In this document: positions 23,470 through 35,399 of the stretch, in pieces
How the letters are laid out: the number at the start of each line of letters is the position of its first letter
How positions within the stretch are numbered: position 1 is the first letter of the stretch
From: Mobula birostris
Taxonomy: Eukaryota
Direction of reading: 5' to 3'
Length of the DNA stretch: 64,000 nucleotides
Assembly (NCBI RefSeq): GCF_030028105.1
Contig: NC_092386.1
Coordinates: forward strand, 41,656,347 to 41,720,346
Program-made: the position numbers and the translations under genes
Notes under the pieces: model-generated
Told to the model about the DNA's origin: nothing
What the model saw: the letters and a program-made list of their open reading frames with translations, nothing else
Databases searched by the model: none

Positions 23470-25155
23470 GAAACTCAGATGGTGATGAACAGGTGCACAG
23501 GAGTGCAGTAGATCAGCTGGTTGAATGGTATCCAAACAACAACCTTGCAATCAATGTCAGTAAAATCAAGAAACTGTGAAATTCAGGAAGGGGAAGTTGG
23601 GAGATCAAATATTAGTCCTTATCGAGTGGTCAGCAGTGAAAAGGGTGAGCAGTTATGTTCTCTCTAAGCTAAGCGCCTGTGCGCGCACACACACGTTTTT
23701 CAACCAGCGCACAAAGGAAATTAATGTGTGCACAAAAGGTTAGTTACCTAAAATAATGTAGTAATTAATAATTATACTTATTGAAAATAATCTCTTAGCT
23801 AAATGTTTCTGTTAATAGTTAGTCGATTTTTCAAATACCACAATGCACGTCACTAATTTACATCACCTCACCTTTCCTGTTCTGATTTGTACAGCAGCCA
23901 TCATGGCTGCTGGTTCATATTGTAAAGCTTACAAAGATCTGTTTCAAAATCCTGTAGATAGCTTACTAAGTTTTTATTGAAAAAGATCAGTCAAATGACC
24001 CTGTGGCTAAATACTGTCACAAGAAATTGATAAACATCACATACAAAGTGGCTTTACAGGTTTTAAGTGATGTCTTTGATGAACTGGCTGCACTGTGCAA
24101 GATTCTGCAAAAGAGTGGCCTGACACCAATTGATTCACTTCATCTTGCGCGAGGCAAAATTAACAAAATAAGAAAGCAGTATCTGGGAGACAATGTTTTG
24201 TGGAGTGACAAAGTTAAAGTTTTGCTAAGCCAACAACGTGAAGAAAACATCACAGTACACTGTTGACTTTTATAAATAGTCTCTGTGTTCCTTTAGAAGA
24301 AAGGTTTCCTGAAGACGAGGTACAAGAATGGTCAGCTTTTGATTTCTCCTCAACTGCAAATTGTGACTTCACGCCTGGCAGTGAACAAGTTAATGCCTTA
24401 TGCCTAAAATATCATGATTTTCTAGCTGAAAATACTGTAATAGTTAGACAATTTAATGATTTCAAATCTTCCGTGCTTTGGTCACAGGAAAAAAATTTGC
24501 ACAACGTAAGATCTTTGCGCACACTGACTACTAAAAATTAGAGGGAACATTGGTGAGCAGCTTCAAGTTTCTGGGCATCAACATCTCAGGGGATCTACTC
24601 TGAACATACATATTGATGCAATCATGAAGAAGCTAACACTTCATTAGCAGTTTGAGAAGATTTAGGATGTCACAAAAGCCTCTAGCAAATTTCCATAATG
24701 TACCACGGAGAGAATTCTGACTAGTTACATCTCCACCTGGTATGGAAGCTCCAATGCACAAGATCAAAAAATGCTGCAGAAGGTTGTAGGCTCAGACGTC
24801 ATGGGCACTAGCCTCCACCCCATTGAGGATTATTTTAAAAGGTAGTGGCTCAAGAAGTTGGTATCCATCATTAACGACCCTCACCATCCACCACCCAGGG
24901 CAAGCCTTCTTCTCAATACTACCATCAGGGAGGAGGCACAGGAGCCTAAAGATGCACAATCAACACTTTCTCTCGGCCACCAGATTTCTGAACAGTCCAT
25001 GAACCCATGAGCATTACCTCACTATTGTGCTTTTTTTGTTTGCACTATTTATTTATTTTTCAATATTTCTTATTGTAATTTTATGTATTGCCCTGCACTG
25101 TTGCTAAGAAATTTCACAATGTCTGTCAGTGAAATAAACTTGATTTGGATTCTGA
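23470..25155 (+). mobile_element. Rex1/Babar-type LINE fragment split by a hAT element
   Basis: NNLAINVSK-type motif at about 23535-23565, ERVS/SFKFLGINIS across the insertion, IINDPHHP and LPSGRR, then tail. Confidence 0.85.
23653..24552 (+). mobile_element. hAT-superfamily (Tip100/ZNF862-like) deletion derivative with transposase fragments
   Basis: Perfect 8-bp TSD gtgagcag (23645-23652, 24553-24560). Imperfect 15-bp TIR ttatgttctctctaa / ttagagggaacattg. ORFs 24003-24266 and 24263-24541 (LSDVFDELAALCKILQK, LEERFP) resemble the hAT catalytic/insertion region. Confidence 0.88.
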
Positions 25156-27999
25156 GTCTTCTTTCTCTCACAGCTGTTCTAGCCATTGAAATGAATGGAA
25201 TCACAGAATATATGTCGCGTTTATTTGTGCTTGTGCAGAACTGCCAGCATTTGGTGGGAAATAGTTAACAGTGTGAGAGACAGCGCACTGATGTGAGGGA
25301 TCTTCCCCTGCGTGACAGCTGAATACTTAAGCTTAAAGACAAATTTGCAGCACTAACAGGTCACTGTGAGCAAAGTAAAATTTAATTTCCCTTGTCAGAA
25401 TAAAACCCTTTAAATGAACCAGAATCAAGTTCTAGAGTTGTTTACTTATGTTCCTGCTAGTTGTGCCTTACAACTAATGTGCAAAATAAGGCCTAACAAC
25501 ACAGGCTCTAGCTATGAACCGATCAGAATATCATTACTATTTTACATTTAAAGAAATGAACCAATTGTTAAGTGACAATTCATTTCGGCCATCCACTCAA
25601 TCAACAAAAATTGAAAAAATAATTTGTTCACTATAACCTTCAAGCGACCTCACAGGCAACAGGAGTCTTTAAAGCACTATTCCATTACCTGTCAAGCCTG
25701 TGTAGACAGTTATTTTCCCCTACAGTAATAGCAGGTTGAACAGGGTAATAAACACCTACTGAGTGGGATGTAGCATGAAAAGATCTCATCACCTGCCATT
25801 AACACACTAATGAATAATTCAGCAAGTGTTGTCGTATCTGTCAGGAAAGCTCACGTCTAACCATTCTGCTATGTGCAGGCTAACGCCATAGGAACAGGGA
25901 CAGAGCCACAGAGATGCACATGACAAATTGGTGACTGGGTGCTGTGTATTTCAGTGATGGAGCAGGTGTGTTTACCTCAGGATGAGTGCCTTTACCACAC
26001 GGATTCACTCTGATGAATACACTAATGTAAAATTTCTGACTCAATGAGCACTGATTGCACAGCCTCCTAATTTAGCCCCGTAGATTCTCAACATTATTCA
26101 TGAAATATGAGGTTTAAAGTGTGTTGCACCTCCCTGCAGACTGGCTGTCTAGTAATTATTCATTCTTACTGCTCTGCTTTTTTGGGGAGAGTGCATGTGT
26201 CTATAGGGCCAATTTTTTTTTAAATTGTCTGCCCAACAAAAATCAGGTGATGACAGATTTCAAATTGCTTTGATGAATTTACTACTGCATCCCCTTTTTT
26301 TGCCAGTGCCCATAAATTTTAGAAATCAGACGCAAGGGAAAGATACTTATCTTCTTTGATTTAAAAACATAGCTCTTCCTAGTATTAAAAAATTGATGTT
26401 GTTAGCTGAGAGGAAACAGTACATGCTAATAGACCACAGCACAGTGTAAATTTGCTCATTGTAACAGCAGCGCCTGAGGGCTTATTTGTAATGCAGAAGG
26501 ACATATAGAAAACGAAGTGTTTTGTGTTGGCTAGATCTTCAAATATATTTGTTATGATTTCCAAATTTATGTCTGTAGTTTTTGATCAAAACAGACAACT
26601 ATTTCTTCCCTTTCAGTTTAAAATGGAGAGATGACAAACATGCATAATACAGAGTGACTCATGGAGAGCCAGCCACTTCTGTACATTTCTGTACAACACC
26701 ATTGATAGCAGTCCCATCTTTTATTTCATTACCAACTTATAATAAGTGTAAGTGAGGAAACAAAAGCCCGTCTGAGCACAAGGCCATATCTAATTTAATG
26801 GCAGCTTTGTGCTTCAGGACAGCTTTTGTTCTAAACTTTTTAGGCAAGACCAAAAAGCGATTCTATTGTCAAGAAAGCATTACAATAAACAGACTTGATC
26901 TTACTTTGGAGTCTCAATGCAAAGCTTGTTTACACAATGATGTAAAGTCATTATTCAATAAATTAATATTTTAGCACTCCATTGCACTCCCTTGTTTATT
27001 TATTAATCTGACAAGAATTCCACTCACCAGTCTCTGGTGATTAATTTACGGTGGACATCTGGTAGTCATGTCCATTATTTAATTTGTCAGACAAGACATT
27101 GCTTAATGATGGTATGCCCAGTGGAATGCAAACGCATACCAGTCTGGCCGCCTACAAAATGCTGGGTGGTCTTTGAATTGCAGATGGAAAATGTGCATTG
27201 TCAGTAGCTTTGCAATGAAATCAAACAGCTTCGTGGCATGGTACCTTTGCAGCTTCCTTTAAAAAAAGCTGGTTACAGGGCACTGCATGTTCCACCTGTC
27301 CTCTGATCAGTATGTCCAAACTTCACGGCAATCTAGTGGTAATCAATAGATCTTCAGCTGCAGAGAGTCCAGTGTTGGGGAAAATACTGTTTGTGAGGAG
27401 GTGGTGAAAGAGCAGCAGCTGGTAATTGGGAGGTCCCAAAGTAGACGTGGGGGAACAGATGGGTTGGGGTTTGAGTTAGTCTCGTAAAAGTCTTCCTCTC
27501 ATTCATTTTAGAGGTTATTCACTGGGCAATTATTGGGCCTGGAGGGAACTATTCTGATTCTTCTAGCCTAGGAGCAGAGGTGTAATAGCTCTTATCACAT
27601 GGACTCAGAGCTTCTTGCCGGCTTTCAAGCCTCAAATAACATTGAATGTCGCAGAGTGCTGCAACGTTTGCACTTTGAATCCATAGTTTAGAAATCGATT
27701 TGAATTTCAGAAACTAAAGCTAATGTAAGTATATTATTGTGCTTTTAATGCATATAATAGGGGACAGATACTGAACCCAGAAATCTCTCTGTAAGTTTTA
27801 AATCATCAAACTGCTTTCAACAGATCGTTGTTTTTTAAACCAAGAAATAGACCCACCTTCAACACGTGGGTCAATCCAAACCAACTAACCTTAAAGAGTC
27901 AGAATTCAGCCCAGAGTTTCCAAAGTGTAAAGCAATAAGCATAAAACTGATGTAAATAAATCAAACTAAAGATTATGAAAGAAAGGTAGGCTGAAGAAC

Positions 28000-28490
28000 A
28001 AGTGATGCAAAGGTAGATAGTCCTTTTCTTACCTCTATAATATAACTCCTAGTTCTAAGTCACAAGCCTCCTAAGGTCAATCATCTATTTCAAAGAAATT
28101 GTTCCTCATCCCTTTAATTTCACCTTTCACGGTCTTTCCTGTTTGAACTGTCCTCTGGTACCAGGGTTAAGTTCAGTGAACCAGGGTTGCATTGTCCCAA
28201 GTAAATACATCCTTATTGAGATAAAGAGACCAGGTTGTAGCACTCCAGATGTGACCTTGCCAAAAGCCCAAAAATGTCAGTAAGACTTCCTTACTCTCCT
28301 TGTCCAGCCCCCATGTCCCACATCCCTGTAAGGGTTAACATCATCTGTTTTCCGAGTTGGTTAATACACCTACAGCGTCACATTTTGTGATTCATGTACC
28401 TGGACTCTACATTTCAATATTTAATTGTCTTTCACCTTTTAAAACATCCTGCTTTTCAATTCTTCAAAAAAAAAGTCACACATCCCCACT
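28000..28490 (-). mobile_element. Old degraded CR1 fragment
   Basis: tttgaactgtcctc, gataaagagaccagg...cactccagatgtgacc and cacacatccccactgt match the reverse complement of CR1 C-terminal sequence. Confidence 0.6.
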
Positions 28491-28575
28491 GTAATATATT
28501 ATCTGTCTCCGACTTTTCTTACCACAGCTATTGTTGATTTCCCTTTAAGGCCCCTATGTGTCCTCGTCACAGCTT

Positions 28576-28722
28576 CACTCACAACACACTGGAGGAACTC
28601 AGCAGGTTGGGCAGCATCCGTGGAAAAGGTCTTTTCCACAGATGCTGCCAGACCTGCTGAGTTCCTCCAGCATGTTGTGAGTGTTGCTTTGACCCCAGCA
28701 TCTGCAGAGTATTTTGTGTTTA
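28576..28722. mobile_element. Penelope-related fold-back element with 14-bp TSD
   Basis: TSD cctcgtcacagctt (28562-28575, 28723-28736). 53-bp inverted arms at 28576-28628 and 28631-28683, plus a 39-nt one-sided tail. Confidence 0.92.
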
Positions 28723-28744
28723 CCTCGTCACAGCTTATTGTCTC

Positions 28745-29022
28745 AGATAGCATTGTATAATTACTACCACAACATTGGAAAAATTTTACAATTTGACCAC
28801 TTACACTAACATGAATTTTGTTTTATTTTCTTCTTTCTAGTAAAAAATATGTAAAATGTATGTTTAATTTGCTTTTCTTGTGATTGTTGCTTATCTGATG
28901 CTATGAGCCTGTGAGGCCCCTGCAGGTAAGTTTTCCATTGCACCTGTGCGTACACGTATTTGTGTATATGACAATAAACTTAACTATGATAATACTATGA
29001 CTATGACTCTGAATATGACTAT
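28745..29022 (+). mobile_element. Rex1/Babar-type 3' tail
   Basis: gtaagttttccattgcacctgtg...tgacaataaact followed by an (actatg)n tail. Confidence 0.6.
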
Positions 29023-29374
29023 GTATAATTCGTTAGCATTTCAGTTGGCCCCCAAATCTGCAGCATTTTCAAAAGATTATGACCAGCAATTATCTTTATT
29101 TCCATATGATCCGTTAACCAAACATTAATGCTAATATATTGATACCCAAATCCAAATAGCTAGAAATCTCTTGTGTGGCACTTTGCAAGTGGCTTTTAAA
29201 TGGTTTCTGAAGATCCAAATATGCTACAATCACCTTTCCCCATGATCTATTCTGCATCACCAAAGATCTCTTACCAAACCAAATGCTTTGTTCTTGATCC
29301 CTTTTGATTACCTAATCACACTATGATTTTGTTTGTGCTCTTGTACCAACACCATGACACAAGAAGTTAATAGT

Positions 29375-31480
29375 TTCTTAAACTGAATAAGGCGCACCCT
29401 CAGGTTTCTTGACATTGACATTTTTGCGAATTTTGTCCCACTTTTTTGTCTCAAAAATCACACTCAGGTCTTTTTCCCATGCTCTTTTAAGACACAACAG
29501 AATTTTGTCCTGGAAATTTGTGTTAAAGCTGAATAATAAGTTGAAGCTTCATGACCTTTACTATATGCAGCCAGTACAGTAGACAATTTTGTAGCAACTT
29601 GTGGGGGTTGCTGTGTAGAACCAAAAGTTGCATTGAGCAAATGACGCAGTTGAAGCTATCTCCAAAATTGTGACCTAGAAATATCATAATGTTGGATTAA
29701 CTGATTTAAAGATTTTAAACTATCACCATTATAAAGGTCTCCCAATTTAATTATGCCTTTCCCTTGCCATTTCCTCCAGAAGAAAGGGGACTTATCAATA
29801 CACAACCTTGGATTCATCCAGATAGATAGATTATGAAGACACGTAGTCCTCTTTTATTGACATTTAGTAAAGCATGCATTAGGAAATGATACATTATTTC
29901 CTCCGGTATGATATCACAAAACACAGGACAGACCAAGACTGAAAAAACCAACAAAACCACATAATTATAACATATAGTTACAAACAGTGCAACAATACCA
30001 TAACTTGATGAAGAAGTCCATGAGCACAGTAAAGTTCAAAGTTTCTCAAATGTCCCACATCTCATGCAGACGGGAGAAGGAAGAAAAACTCTCCCAGCCA
30101 TGCCGACCACAATCCGACTCTGAGTCATCAGAAAACTTCCAGCTCTGATCAGCTCTCCGACACCAAGTACTGAGTGCCATCTCTGTCTGAATGATTCGAC
30201 CTCCTTCTCAGTCGCCAAAAGCAGGCAAGGCCGGGGATTTTGAGGCCTACCCTCCAAAAGATTCCCAACAACACAGTAATGACAGCAGCGAACAGGCGTT
30301 TCAGAAATTTCTCCAGGTGTTCATCTGTGCTTTCACATCCATTCTCCATCAAATCAGAATTGTCCACGGCCCCTAGCTGACAGATACGATATCATTTTTC
30401 ACCGGAGGGCTGCGCACACGCAGGCGCGCTGCCAACTTCTCCTCCCGCTACTCGAGGCTTCATTCAAATATGGATTAAATTTAAATAATCTGGCTAGTTT
30501 ATTCCAAAACAAATGCATATGTGATATAATTGGGTGAGACCTTGCCTCAGGAGGTAACTTGATAGACAAACATTGTAATGGAGGGATGGGAGGAAGAGCA
30601 GAACATTCAATACGATACCAAGGAGGCGCTCTCTCCGGAGGGAGAGATCAATATGCTAAATGTTTAAGAGTAAAGGCATCGTAATAATATATTAACTATT
30701 TGTGAACATCCCTTCCACAAAGGATTAAGGTCCATCCATGAAACGCCCGGACCAATTTTAAATGCTCAGAAACGACGCCAGTGCGATTTCACAGTCAACA
30801 TAACAAACTTAACAGCTTATCAACCCTAGTGAGGATAAGGCAGCTTCAGTACCATGCAATCCGGCAAGATTTAAAACAAATAACAAACACAACCCCACTC
30901 ACATCTTGCTCAATTTAGCTAGCGTAGTTAAACTATCCCATCTCCTCAATAAATTTTCTTGCTTTACATGGGCACTCAAAAAACTTGAAACCTTTCTTAG
31001 TCTCTATTCTTAGCTTGGCTGGACAAAGCAGCGCAAAGCTCACATTCCGCCCCCAAAGCACCTTCTTACATTCTTTAAAATTTTCTCATTTTACTTGCGT
31101 GGGTCTGGAGAAGTCCGGGAAGATCATAACATGATTGTTGTCCCAGATGAACTTGCCCTTGACCTTTGCCGCTCGCAGCACACAATCTCGATCCGTTGAC
31201 CTGAGGAATCTCGCAAGGATAGGCCGAGGCCTATTTCTGGTACTGGGTCTAGGGCCAGTGCTCTATGTGCACGTTCTATTTCAACCTTTCCCTCCTGATT
31301 GCCAACAAGCTCCAAGACTAATTTATCCATGAATGCAATGCTATCCTGCCCCTCTTTTCCCTCTGGAATGCCAATGAATCAGAGATTGTTGCGCTGATTA
31401 CGGTTCTCTATGTCCTCCAGTTTATCTGTTAGCTGGTCAACGTCCGCTTTGGTACTTTGAGCATAGTTTTCCTACTACTA
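29375..31480 (-). mobile_element. L1-clade LINE remnant: ORF1 C-terminal half joined to the post-RT part of ORF2
   Basis: ORF1 reads KLEDIENRNQRNNL*FIGIPEG, IERAHR, RPRPILARFL, MIFPDFS and PAKLRI, with a stop at about 30934. The ORF2 tail reads PPERAPPWY, FNPYLNEASS/IWMNP, WQGKGIIKLGDLY, FWR*LQLRH and AWEKDL. Interrupted by 29821-30446. Confidence 0.88.
29821..30446 (-). mobile_element. Non-autonomous bipartite retroelement (family B), full length
   Basis: Highly similar inverted copy of 42832-43452. 5' gggaggagaagttggc start and (atct)n tail. Confidence 0.9.
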
Positions 31481-31483
31481 ATG

Positions 31484-31960
31484 CTCAAAGTTCAAAGTAA
31501 ATTCATTATCAAAGTACATATATGTCACCATAAAACTGTGAGGTTCATTTTCTTGTAGGCGTACTCAGCAGATTCAATAACCATAATAGAATTATTGAAA
31601 GGACGTGCCCAAGAGTGGACAACCAGTTTGCAAAATACATCAAACCATGCAAATACAAAAGAAAATAAATAAATAATAATAAAAGCAAGAAATATCAAGA
31701 ACTTGAGATGAAGAGTCCTTGAAAATGAGTCCATATGTTGTGGGCACATCTCAGTGAAGAGGTGAGTAAAGTTGAGTGAGGTTATCCTCAAGAGCCTGAT
31801 GGTTGAGGAGTATTAACTGTTCCTGAACCTGGTTGTGTGAGTCCTGAGGCTCCTACACCTTTTTCCTTATGGAACCAGTGAGAAGAGAGCACAACATGGG
31901 TGGAGGGATCCCTGATGAAGGATGCTACTTTCCTGCGACAATACTCTGTGTAGATGTGCT
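31484..31960 (-). mobile_element. Rex1/Babar-type LINE 3' fragment
   Basis: KVASFIRDPS motif and (ttcaaag)n tail. Confidence 0.8.
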
Positions 31961-31961
31961 C

Positions 31962-32203
31962 ATCTGGGCAAGGTTGTATGGAAGACCAGCAGTTGCCCAT
32001 GCTGCAAGTCTCCCCTCTCCACGCCACCGATGTTGTCCAAGGGAGGGGCATTTGGACCCGTACAGCTTGGCACCGGTGTTGTTGCAGAGCAATGTGTTGT
32101 TCAGTGCCTCTCTCAAGGATACACACGCTGCCTCAGCCAAGGCTTGAACTAGTGACCTTCAAGTCACTAGATGAACACCTTAACCACTTGGCCACGCGCC
32201 AAC
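31962..32203 (-). mobile_element. tRNA-derived SINE with CORE-like body and RTE-type 3' module
   Basis: Minus strand has an A box tggccaagtgg, a B box agttcaagcc and a CORE-like gtatccttgagagaggcactgaac. The 3' part is homologous to 59034-59141. Confidence 0.8.
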
Positions 32204-32204
32204 A

Positions 32205-32545
32205 CATAAGAACGTAAGAACATAAGAAATACGAACAGGAGTCGGCCACCTGGCCCATCGAGCTTGCTCTGCCATTCAATAAGATCATGGCTGATCTGAC
32301 CATGGACTCATCTCCACCTTTTCCCCATAACCCTTCATTTCCCCTACTATGTAAAGATTTTTCGTCTCCAATGTATTTATTGAGGTAGCCTCCAATGCTT
32401 CATTGGCAGAGAATTCCACAGATTCACCACTCTTTAGAAAAAGCAGTTCCTCTTCACCTCCATCCTAAATTTACTCCCCAGAGTCCTGAGTCCTTGTTCC
32501 CTAGTTCTAGTCTCACCTACCAGTGGAAACAACTTTCCTGCCTCA
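32205..32545 (-). mobile_element. CR1 LINE 3' end fragment
   Basis: (cataagaa)n tail, aggagtcggccacctggcccatcgag and gaattccacagattcaccac. Confidence 0.85.
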
Positions 32546-32755
32546 GTAGAAGTTTGCCAAACTTTCAGATGTCATGCCAAATTAGATGTGATGTCATGCA
32601 AACCCACCAGTAGTTTCATGTTTTCTCTCTCAGATTACATCTGTTGTTCTGATCAGGTTATAGATCTTCCCACTGATGGGTCCAATGGTCAGAAAGACCC
32701 CAGGAGTTGCAACGAAATTACCTTTTGAAGCAAAAAGACAAGCTTCAACATGCGA

Positions 32756-33271
32756 CGAGGGGTGATTGATAAGTTCATGGCCTAAGGTAGAAGGAGTCAA
32801 TTTTAGAAAACCTAGCACATTTATTTTTCAACATAATCCCCTTGTCCATTTACACACTTAGTCCAGCGGTCGTAGAGCATACGGATCTTGGACCTCCAGA
32901 AAGTGTCCACAGCAGGGGTGATTGATAAGTTCGTGGCCTAAGGTAGAAGGAGATGAGTTATTAACTTCAAACTTTCTGCATAATCACTGAAAGAGCTTGA
33001 ACTGCATGTGCATGTAACGAGAGCTGTATAACTCATCTCCTTCCACCTTAGGCCACGAACTTATCAATCACCCCTGATGAGTTATTAACTGATGAGTTAC
33101 TAACTTCAAATTTTCTGCATAATCACTGAAAGGGTTGAAATGCACGTGCATGTAACAAGAGCTGTATAAGTGTGTACATGTAGGAGGGGACTATGTTGAA
33201 AAATAAATGTGCTAGGTTTTCTAAAATTGACTCCTTCTACCTTAGGCCATGAACTTATCAATCACCCCTCG
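32756..33271. mobile_element. Mariner-type MITE (irritans/Hsmar2-like TIR) with nested internal TIR pair
   Basis: 86-bp near-perfect TIRs cgaggggtgattgataagtt... at 32756-32841 and 33186-33271. TA on the right, GA on the left. Confidence 0.9.
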
Positions 33272-33841
33272 TAGGTGAAGATAATATAAGAGAAATCTCC
33301 CATGCAGCATGTACACATTGATTTACTAGAGAAAAAATGTTCAATTGTCTGCATGTTTTACAATTATTTGATATATAGATAGCGGTTGTATTTTCTCTGT
33401 AAAATATTAGTATAATTTTCAACAGTCACACTGCTACACTATACAATCAAAATCTTCTTTGGAAAATCTTTCAGAGTCCTCATCTGTCCTTTTAGGTAAC
33501 GGGCATTTGAAGGAAGATTGCTTGAATTTGAATACACCCCAATAAAACTGGCTTTAATCTCCCACAACAAAGACTCCAAGTGATCAGTTAATTATATAGA
33601 TAATGAGCAGAAACCAATAAATGACTACCGTGAATTTAAAATGGATAAGTTATGTGACATCAATATTCAATTAATTAGTTAATAGAACAATTAGTGCTCA
33701 CCATTTGAAATCATACACATTCATTCCTGCTGCGTTCACCAGCAATTTTTGTGTGTTACATTCATTCCTAGCTTTCCTGCCATTTTCTTTTTCATTCCAG
33801 TTTCTCATTTGTAATTTATTTTGTAAAACGTTAAAATTTAT

Positions 33842-34825
33842 TTAGCAATACAGTGCAGAGCAGGACCTTTCAGCCCATTGAGCTACTCTGCCCTAGCAAA
33901 CCCTGGTGAACCCAATTAACCCTGTCCTAATCACAGAACAAATTACAATGGTTTAATAGTTCAATTTAATATCAGAGAACGTATACAATATACAACCTGA
34001 AATTCTTATACTTCACAGACAACCAGAAAAAAACCCAAAGAATGAATGACAGAAAACGTTAGAACCCCAAAACCCCTCCTCTCCCCCAAGTACAAGCAGA
34101 AGCACAAGCATTGACAGTCCTCCCCTCTCCCCACTTGCTCCAGCAAAAGCTTCAAACCCCCACCATCCACCATGCAAGCTCTCAAAGTGACCATGATCTA
34201 GAGTCCATCAAAAGCTATTGTCCTCTCCAGCACTTCTTCATCCCAGACAGGCTGCCTCTTTCTCACTAGCAAGGGAGGGAGAGATTCCGCTCCTGCAGCA
34301 AAGAAAGGGGAGACCTGCAGCTTGCTGTTTTGATGTTACAATCTGCCGCATCGCTTCAGTCGACAATATCGATGAGGAACTGGGTTGTCTGTGGGGCCAC
34401 GCCCCGGAGGCACATGTTTTTTTAGGCTGCTGCTGGAGATATTAAAACGTCAGGCAATGCAGCAAGTCTGGGAACGAGAACCCACCGCCCATGGAGAAAT
34501 GTAGCTTGAGCTGCAGCTGTAGACCACAAACCCCAGCAAGACCCTTTCCACCTTGAAAAGAAAGGAAAGACATGCAAGAAAAAAGTTTTGCAGACAAACT
34601 GGAAGAAGTCACCTGGGTCTGCAAAAGCCTCTGGCACCATCTTTAGCTCCTGCTACACTAACCAACTATCCTACCTCGTACGTCTTTGGACTGTGGGAGG
34701 AAACCGGAACACATTCCATGGAAAGGACATACAGAGACTCCTTATAGAATGGTGGCGGAGTTGAACTCGGGAACATCCCAAGTTGTAATCACGTCGCGCT
34801 AACCACTACGCTATCATGGTGCCCC
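33842..34825 (-). mobile_element. HE1-like V-SINE split by an insertion at 33951-34653
   Basis: tRNA head at about 34755-34825 (A box tagcgtagtgg, B box gagttcaactcc on the minus strand), V-domain (tttggactgtgggaggaaaccgga) and CR1-type tail at about 33842-33880. Confidence 0.82.
33951..34653 (-). mobile_element. Non-autonomous bipartite retroelement related to family C
   Basis: 3' part matches 41520-41700 (tcagagaa.gtatacaa...aatgacag...cgttagaaccc). 5' start ggagctaaagatggtgcc. Confidence 0.75.
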
Positions 34826-35399
34826 TAATTTACCATTTCTCACTTTTTTAACAAAGGGCAGCTGATCCCGTTCAGGAGTAACACAGGATTGGAACCAAGT
34901 GTAAACTGGTATGTTGGGAATTTCCTCACAATTTTGATTAACTTTTGGACTCGATGCTGATGTCTAAACACATGTACTCATTGTAATGAGTGGCCACTCT
35001 CATTCTATCAGCTTGCAATTAACTTAGATAGTACTTAGTGTTAAGGGATTGTGTAGTGCACCTCATACTGTAGTATATGAAATTACTAATGTTTTTTCCA
35101 AAGGGAGAGGCACCATCACTTAGTGGTAGTACCACCATCACTTTTGCAAATTGATTATACGAATCAGTAGTTCCCAACCCCTTTGCTTGAAAACTCATTT
35201 ATTTATATTTATTAAATTACTTCACCCCTCCCTCTCATAAATATCTAATGCTGCCTGAGGCTGGGCCTTTTAAGGAGTTGAGGTTGTCATGGAAACTGCT
35301 AGCAGCCCTACAGTATGAGCAACCAGCCTACTATGTATGCTTTTATTTACTTTTATTGTGAAACTGTTGGATCCATCTCCGCTAATATTCACTCACCTT

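Noticed and set aside
35111-35143. Direct repeat caccatcactt around a tiny hairpin
   Set aside because: Too short to interpret; probably a local repair or slippage footprint.
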